From positions 1,550,001 to 1,614,000 of the forward strand of contig OZ218965.1 of NCBI GenBank assembly GCA_965112735.1: DNA of 64,000 nucleotides, written 5' to 3'. The notes under the pieces are model-generated. The model saw only the letters and a list, made by a program, of their open reading frames with translations, was not told the DNA's origin and ran no database searches. Source of the DNA: Phaeosaccion multiseriatum. Lineage: Eukaryota > Protista > Ochrophyta, other classes. Positions 56,785-64,000 of this stretch are shown here, piece after piece. The position numbers and the translations under genes were made by a program. Position 1 is the stretch's first letter. Every line of letters begins with the position of its first letter.

Positions 56785-57575
56785 ATGGTGGCCTTGCCGA
56801 GGTCCACGTTACTCGAGAGAAACCTTGTTCTGGTCCCAGCACAGCTGACCACAGCGAATGCACAGCACAGCACAGCACAGCTGGCCAGAGCAGAGCAGAG
56901 CAGAGCAGTTGGTGATACAGAGTACAGCACAGCAGAGAAGAGCAGGACGCTGGTGTTCATCCGCTGTGTGGTGGGGAGTGGTGCAAGTAGGCAAGACAGG
57001 GAAGATGACTCGATCCGAAGTCTGGCATTTCCCTTCCCCCTCCCACTCCCACTCCAACGTATGTAGGGCTACGTAACTACGTACGTGATGGCCATGACCA
57101 CCTCGTGGAGCTGTCCGCGCCTGTTCCGGCGCTGCAAGGAGGGGCCCTCGTGGAAGTGCGTGTTCTTTGCCGTGCCTCCCCTCCCCTCCCCTCCCCTCCC
57201 TCCCTCCCTCCCTCTCTCTCGCTCCCTCCCTTCCTTTCCTCAGATGGCACTCATATCCAAACTGAACACTGACGTGGGTGGGTGCATCAGCAGCCGCAGC
57301 AGCCGCGCAGTGGGGCAGTCGCCCACTCGAGACTGAATGAGATATGGACCCCTTGCTTGACCTTCTCTAGCCGGCGGAAGGTAGATATCCATTGCCAACC
57401 TGCTGTGCTGTTGCTTCATAACCAATGCGCTGCTGCTGCTGCTGCTGCTGCTGTTGTTGCTCTCAGTACACACTCCCCGCCCCTCTCCTCGCCAGGTCGA
57501 AGGCCCTCACTAGCAGGCTGCTGCTGCGAAGCCCCCCGCCCCCCTCTGTCCAAGCAGCAAAGAAGGGAGTTCGGG

Positions 57576-57606
<31 letters not shown>

Positions 57607-58008
57607 CTCTCCCGCCAGCCCTCTCGCAGCCTTTGTTCAACAGCAGAGTCATCCCTGCTTCCGGCCTCTTTCATTCCTTTCCTTCCGCTGCCCAGTGCAC
57701 GAACAAAGGACGTGAGGCAAGAGGCAGCAAAGGCAAAGCACTACTGTATAATAGTCTCATGAAAACTCCTCATTCCTTCCTCCCTCGACAGAGAAAGAAA
57801 CCTCTGTGACTGCTTCTTGGAGGCCTTTGGTTTGATGGCCCGTATGCTGCTAAAATGCCGTGCTCCCCCTACCCTTTGCCCCTTGCAGCACCCCGCACAA
57901 GAGCACACACCCCCTTGATAAATAAATCTGTCCTCCACTCCCTTGTTGTCACGGCGGTGTGGGCAGTGGCCACCCCAAGTGTGCTTATCTTCCCTGTGCT
58001 GCTTGGCC

Positions 58009-59822
58009 ATGGCCCTCCCCATGGGTGCCAAGAGCCTCTTGGAGCTGACAGCTGCTCGTAAGAACAGCGAAAGCGAGGAAGGGGCGACAGCCACCGTCGC
58101 AGCAGCCGCAGCAGCAGCAGCAGCAGATCACACCTCATCCGGAGCTATGCCTTTGGCACGGGGCAAGGGGAAAGGCAAGACACTGAACACGCTGCAGGCC
58201 AATTCAGGGCCAGGCATGGAAGCAGCCGCGGCAGGAGTGGCTTCTCCTCCTGCCGCTGCTGCTGCTGCTACCGATGGTTTTGCTGCTGGTGCTACTGCTG
58301 CGTCGGGTGGGCCCGCTTCCGGGGGGACTGCTGGCGCAGCTCCAGCAGGGATGGCGCGGGGGAGGGGGAAGGTCATTAGCGAGCTGGGAGCAGGGGGGGG
58401 CGGTACGCCGCAAACGCCACAAACGCCGCAAACGCCACAAACACCGCAAACGCCGACGCAAACGCCGCAAACGCCGCAGCCCGTGTGGAACGCGCCAGCG
58501 AGCTCTGCTCCGGCAGCAGCAGCAGCAGCAGCAGCATCGATAGCTGGAACTAGCGCTGAAGCTAATGTTGGGGCTCTCCTGGCTGCCACTTCCGGCGGTG
58601 GTGCTGGTGTGGCACCGGCCGTATCGGGGGGGGCTGCGGCAGCGCCCATGCCAGGAGCGAAGAGCATGATGGCCACTATGAAGCAGCCGCACCAGACCTT
58701 CACCGCCCCTGTGGAGCCGGAGCCGAAGGACCCCAAGGTCTTTGGGCCGATGCACGGCCAGAGGCTCAACGCGCTGCTGGCAGAGATTGACCCCGACTAC
58801 ACGTTAGCGCCGGTGAGTGAAAATGAATGCTGCTCTTTGGGTGGGTGAGGGACTCCTTCCTTTGTGTTGCAACATCTTGGCTTCTCAGAGACGACTTGCC
58901 TTTAGTAGTCCGGCGGCCGTCTCATTTGGGAAAACGGAGAGCCCAAGTTGCTGAGTAGGGTGGTGTGGTGGTGTTGTTGAGGAGGATCAGCGGCCGGAGA
59001 AGAGGAGGGAGGTGTGGAGAGAAGGTGCACCTGTGTATGGGAATAGCGAAAGACGAGCAAGCGACATCCAATCCATCCATCCCTGACGGTACCTGCTTCA
59101 AAGCCAAAGACAGTGGGCAGGCAACCTCATTTAGAATGAAGAATAGAAGGGAGGAGCAATGCCTCTGATTGAGCCCCAAGTTGAATCCCGAGTAGAGACT
59201 CTCATCATCACGGGTAAGTCTCCCTCACCCCCCAACTCTCTTTGCTCTCTACTCGAACCAGTCTACGGAGAAGCTGCTGCTGACCATGGTGGACGACTTT
59301 GTGGACTCTGTCGTATCGGGCTCTATGCGCCTTGCACGCCATCGAAACAGCGACCTCCTCGAAGTCAAGGTAAGTTTGGCCCGGCCGAGTGCACGTATAG
59401 GGCGCGGCCTGAACAGAGAGGGGCAGACGTTCCTTGTCTTCTTGCGTCCTTCCGACGCACTCTGAGAGAGGGACAGCTGGGCTGGCCTCTTCCTCTAGGG
59501 TGTAGTTTCTGAACAGAGAGGGGCAGCTTGCTCTCGCCTCCTCTCCTCGCGCCATGCTCCACCACCCTCGTGTCACCTCATCCACCCCTCCCACACACAC
59601 GCAAATGGTCGCTCTCAGGATATCCAGCTGTGCCTTGCCAAACAGTGGGGCATGCACGTCGGGGGCATTGGCAGCGGCGTGGCCATGCCTGCCAAGGTAG
59701 CCGCATCCAGAACCAAGCAGAGCAAGGGGCTTCCCAAGGCGGGAGGGCTTCCCAAGGCGGGAGGGCTTCCCACCCCAAAGAAGAAAGCTGCGCCCAAGAG
59801 GAAGGCGGGCGGAGGTATGTGA
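58009..59822 (+). CDS. TAF12: Transcription initiation factor TFIID subunit 12 (histone fold); 3' end may extend further
   Basis: RLNALLAEIDPDYTLAP|STEKLLLTMVDDFVDSVVSGSMRLARHRNSDLLEVK|DIQLCLAKQWGMHVGG. Introns 58813-59261 and ~59370-59618. Confidence 0.9.
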
Positions 59823-61479
59823 GACGGCAGAGCAGCAAGCAATGTGGTTAGGGTGGTGCTCGTACTCAACGCATATGGACCACTGCTTGCCTGCGCTGGA
59901 GCCTCTATCAAAGAGCATATGGGGAGAAGGCGGTAGGAAGATGCATGGACTCGAGTGACGAGAAGAAGAAGCTTCGCAGGCTCCTGCACGCACGCACTCC
60001 TTTGTTTTAAAAAAATTACCCCGTCCCCCACTGTCTGCCCTTGTTTCCGCCAGGGACGCCCTCGGCAAAGAAGAGCAAGACTGGCGGAGGAGGGGCGAGC
60101 GGCGGAGCTTTTCCAGCAACGAACGGCTGAGATCTTTTTGAGCTTTGGTTCGTTGGGGTGGCGACTTGGTACGCGGTAGCTGCTGCTGGGTAAATGCCTG
60201 GATGCCAGCTTTGATATCGGCCTGGTAGCAAGCAGGCGCAGAGCAGGGGAAGGGAAAGAGAGAGAGGTCCGTTATTCCCCCGCCTCTGATTTGGGATCCC
60301 ATCCACACACGCGAAGCTCTCGAGCCTGCCTCTCTGGGGCAGACTGAACTGATGGTGCAGGCCGGCAAGGGGAAGCTGAAATTGGTATTTTTATGGCAGT
60401 GCCCTCGTCAGGCAGGAGCCGTCGTGTCGTGTCACAGCCCTGGCCCAGCGGGTACACGTGAGTCCCGACAAGGAGCGGGAAGGGGAGGCAGCAGAGCACA
60501 GCTGACGAGGAGCCGAGACAGGTCTACGCATCTGTTCTGTGTCCTGCAGTCAAGACTCGAAGGCTGAGGCATATGGGTCTCGGCACGTCAGCTCAGCCAA
60601 AAGTGCTCCACAGGAGGTGGAGGGTTGGGGCCGGTGCGCCCACCCCAGCGTGGCTGTGGCTCCATGTGTTGGGCCCGGAACCGCCCAACCCGCACCACGT
60701 CAGTCAGGGCGGCTCACTCGGGGGCTGCTTGGTAAACCGGTACTGTAGTTGGGCAGGAATCGGAGAGATGAGGGATGAGGGAAGAGCCCCTCTGTTGACT
60801 TCAGATGGGCTACACTGCCCACTTTCTTTAGTACTGAGTGTATTGGAAGAGGATTTCCGCAGTCAAAGGGGTTGCAATCGCTGGGTTTAGGTTTACCAAT
60901 GGTTGCGGAGGTCTGAAGTAGACAACAGGCGCCGGACCTTCGCATTCAATGGTAAACGCAGCGATTGCAGCCCATTTGATTGTGGCATCTTCTGCCAAAG
61001 CGCCTTTGGCCTGTGGCGTGGCGAACCATAACATTGTTGGAGTGGGCATGTCGCACCAGAGATGGGCGCGTTGAGATTACACTGCCCACGTTCTTTTGCA
61101 TTGCGGGGCAGCGCCTCGAAGACTAAACTAAACGAAAGCAGTTCTCTTGCACAGCAGCAGTTGGTGATACTGGTAAAACCGGTCCCGGGCCCTATGGTCT
61201 CGCTCTCGTCCACGCCCTGAGGCACTTCCATGGACAAGAAGATGGGCCCAAAGGGATCCCCGCCTCTCTCTGGCTGAGCCGCGGAGGAGGGAGCGAGCCA
61301 AGGGAAGAAGTAAAGTGGGTTCTTGTTGTTTGTGGTTATAGTGTCCGTCGCATAGCTACTGTGGTTATTCCCTCCGCGCAGCTCTCGTACTTGACGGACA
61401 CTCGGTAGTGCTCAGCTTGGGGGTTATCTCCCTACTCTCCAGACAGAGGGAGGTAGCTAGCTACACTAACTACAACGAC

Positions 61480-62020
61480 GAAAAGGTGAAGGAAGCACCG
61501 AACTCGACCCTTCCCTGTCGCAATACTGGCTATAGAGCGTGCGCAGCACAAAGACCGTCCAGGCCGCAGGCTTCGAGGGACTTGTTCCTGGCTAGCAACT
61601 TCACCGGCCACCATTCGTGAGGTCCTGGCTGGTCCTGGGCGCCCGCTACAGACATGCGTGGTGGAGCTGGCAAGAGGCCGTGATACTCGGTGCCGCCCTT
61701 CAGAATCACGTCAGGGGTCGAATGTACTCCTCTCCGCCCATGACCAGGGGGAAGGGACCAGCCAAGTCCGCCCCCATGACCGACAAAGGTCCATTGACAG
61801 AGGCACTGGTGGGGGCCTCCGCCGCGGTGATTAGCGTGTCTGTGGCACGCAAGGCACGGCCGAGCCCAGTGCACCAGGTGTGCATTCATGTGCGGAGCAT
61901 CAAGCATCCGGAGACAGCATCCCCATGTGCTGCATGCAGGAGCGCTGGCCTCAACGCTTTCGGCACACACAGTTGGCGTCGTGTGTACTCGCTCCCCCGG
62001 CGGCGGTGTAACTCACCCTT
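61480..62020 (-). mobile_element. Degenerate Ty3/gypsy LTR-retrotransposon integrase fragment
   Basis: Across frameshifts: GELHRR...RQLCVPKALRPALLHAAHGDAVSG, PHMNAHLVHWARPCLAC (HHCC zinc finger), PLSVMGADLAGPFP..GGEEYI (start of the rve core). Multiple stops. Confidence 0.7.
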
Positions 62021-63170
62021 TAGGCCCCTGCTTTGCCTGCTGTAATCTTAATCTTTCCCTTTGCCGCGCTGCCCTTTTCTGGAGCTTTGCCCTCTCCCTC
62101 CCCTCCGCGCCTGCCTCTCTTCTTCTCTTTACCGCGGCCTCCCTCCTCTTCCGCAGCCTCTTCTCGTGGGCACTCTCACCTCCCCCGAAAGCGACACCAC
62201 CCTCTGCAGCAGCAGCCTCTGCCGGTGCTACAGCAGCTGCTCCTGCGCCCGATCCTCCCGCTGCCGGTCCTGCCCCTGACCCTCCCGCTGCCGGCGGCAG
62301 TGCTGCGGCTGCCTGCTGTAATCTTAATTTTTCCCTTTGCCGCGCTGCCCTTTTCTGGAGCTTTGCTCTCTCCCTCCCCTCCGCGCCAGCCTGTCCTGCC
62401 CCTGACCCTTCCGCTGCCGGCGGCAGTGCTGCGGCTGCCTGCTGTAATCTTAATTTTTCCCTTTGCCGCGCTGCCCTTTTCTGGAGCTTTGCTCTCTCCC
62501 TCCCCTCCGCGCCAGCCTGTCCTGCCCCTGAACCTTCCGCTGCCGGCGGCAGTGCTGCGGCTGCCTGCTGTAATCTTAATTTTTCCCTTTGCCGCGCTGC
62601 CCTTTTCTGGAGCTTTGCCCTCTCCCTCCCTTCCGCGCCTGCCTCTCTTCTTCTCTTTACCGCGGCCTCCCTCTTCTTCCGCAGCCTCTTCTCGTGGGGA
62701 CTCTCACCTCCCCCGAAAGCGACACCACCCTCTGCAGCAGCAGCCTCTGCAGGTGCTACAGCTGCCGGTCCTGCCCCCGATCCTCCCACTGCCGGTCCTG
62801 CCCCTGATCCTCCCGCTGCCGGCGGCAGTGCTGTGGCTGCTGCTGCCGGTGCTGGTCCTGCTACTGCTGCTGCAGCTCCTCCTCCTCCTCCTCCTCCTCC
62901 TCCTCCTCCTCCTCCTCCTCCTCCTCCTCCTCCTCCTCCTCCTCCTCCTCCTCCTCCTCCTCCTCCTCCTCCTCCTCCTCCTCCTCCTCCTCCTCCTCCT
63001 CCTCCTCCTCCTCCTCCTCCTCCTCCTCCTCCTCCTCCTCCTGCTCCTCCTCCTCCTCCTCCTCCTCCTCCTTCTCCTTTTTCTTCGTTCCCCCCTTCTT
63101 CCTTTTTTCCCCTTTTTCCGATAAACCTGAGACTAGTGAGGATGGCGAGCGATCTCTGTAACGGATCCAT
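62013..63170 (-). CDS. Hypothetical low-complexity protein with poly-Gly and four basic helical repeats
   Basis: 385-aa ATG ORF; repeat AGAEGRERAKLQKRAARQREKLRLQQ x4. No recognisable domain. Confidence 0.4.
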   Translation of the reverse strand: MDPLQRSLAILTSLRFIGKRGKKEEGGNEEKGEGGGGGGGGGAGGGGGGGGGGGGGGGGGGGGGGGGGGGGGGGGGGGGGGGGGGGGGGGGGGGGGGGAAAAVAGPAPAAAATALPPAAGGSGAGPAVGGSGAGPAAVAPAEAAAAEGGVAFGGGESPHEKRLRKKREAAVKRRREAGAEGRERAKLQKRAARQREKLRLQQAAAALPPAAEGSGAGQAGAEGRERAKLQKRAARQREKLRLQQAAAALPPAAEGSGAGQAGAEGRERAKLQKRAARQREKLRLQQAAAALPPAAGGSGAGPAAGGSGAGAAAVAPAEAAAAEGGVAFGGGESAHEKRLRKRREAAVKRRREAGAEGRERAKLQKRAARQRERLRLQQAKQGPKG

Positions 63171-63582
63171 GAACCAGTACGCTCTGTCGGGTCCGGTTCA
63201 AGCACCTTTGCAGGGAGGGTGGTGAGAGCGGCTCGGTCCTATAGCTTGGTGAGATTTGGGGATTTTGTGGGAGAAGCGCACATAGTCTAGTGTCGACCTG
63301 TCCGTCGCCCCGATTTTTGCCTCGATTTTTGCCCCGATTGCCCCGATTTTTTCTGTCCGTCGCCCCGATTTTCTCGTATTTTCGTATTTTCCCTTCTCCC
63401 ACCTGTTTGTGCGCTCCATTAAAGAGGATCAACGCTGCTTAAATAACCACAACTGCTACATTCCAGCAGCAGCAATGGCTTAGTGAAGGCTTGCTCATGG
63501 CAGGAAGGTGGCAGGGCTAGTAGCAGCAGCAGTCAAGCAAAGAGAGGTACATTTCAAACCACCACACCACCAGCAGAGAAAA

Positions 63583-64000
63583 ATGGAGGAGAATGAAGAA
63601 GCTGTAGCGGGGCAGCACAAAAGGATGGAACAGCACCACCTGTGTGACAGTCCTGAAGCGATTTCTGGCGCACAGGGCTCTGAGAATACGAGTGGAAAGG
63701 CCGCAGGAGCGCACGACGACGATGACAGTGATTGGGACGACGAGACTTGGACGCAAGCCGTTGCTCTGGCAGATGAAGCCGGCTGCGGCGGTACAACCAG
63801 CGACCGCTTCGAAACTGGGCACTCAAGCGGCAGTGGAGACTTAGCTTGCGACAATTGCTGCAGCACAGGAGGAGATGCGGTGAAACAATTGCAGACAGCT
63901 AAGCAGAGATTGAAAATCGAGAAGGGGCGCTGTAGAAGATGCTTACAAAGTTCGAGGAAGACGAGGCCGGCCCCTGAAGGGAATAAGCGAGAACCTGCGG
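63583..64000 (+). CDS. Partial ORF running off the window, unknown product
   Basis: Stop-free frame MEENEEAVAGQHKRMEQ...DDDDSDWDDETWTQAVALADE...CDNCC...CRRC to the window end. Confidence 0.3.
   Translation, partial: MEENEEAVAGQHKRMEQHHLCDSPEAISGAQGSENTSGKAAGAHDDDDSDWDDETWTQAVALADEAGCGGTTSDRFETGHSSGSGDLACDNCCSTGGDAVKQLQTAKQRLKIEKGRCRRCLQSSRKTRPAPEGNKREPA

Noticed and set aside
59208-61300. ORFs 59208-60368(-), 60828-61049(-) and 60893-61237(-)
   Set aside because: No recognisable motifs; the first is partly antisense to TAF12. No LTR or PPT could be supported.

Overview
Eukaryotic nuclear DNA with GT-AG introns rich in microsatellites. It is probably a photosynthetic stramenopile (ochrophyte), judged from a bipartite signal peptide + 'AF' + transit-peptide presequence. 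Genes in order: a kinesin that probably continues into an SH3 domain and Cys/His repeats (-), a Myb/SANT (trihelix)-like protein (+), a two-fasciclin type-I membrane protein (-), an ERGIC/Erv41-Erv46 family protein (+), two inverted paralogous 2OG-Fe(II) oxygenase genes forming a ~23 kb quasi-palindrome around tRNA-Arg(CCT) and DDRGK1, a kinesin-14 (-), a REEP/HVA22 protein (+), an FG-rich Ran-binding-domain protein (-), a plastid-targeted SnoaL-like protein (+), a frameshifted ankyrin-repeat gene (+), TAF12 (+), and a Ty3/gypsy integrase remnant joined to a repeat ORF (-). There is also a MITE near the left end. The most unusual signal is a 15-bp motif, GCAGTTGGTGRTACA, found about 16 times counting partial copies. 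It occurs on both strands, in exons (four reading frames), introns and intergenic DNA, mostly inside CAG-type runs. All alignments and identities were judged by eye; no searches were run.
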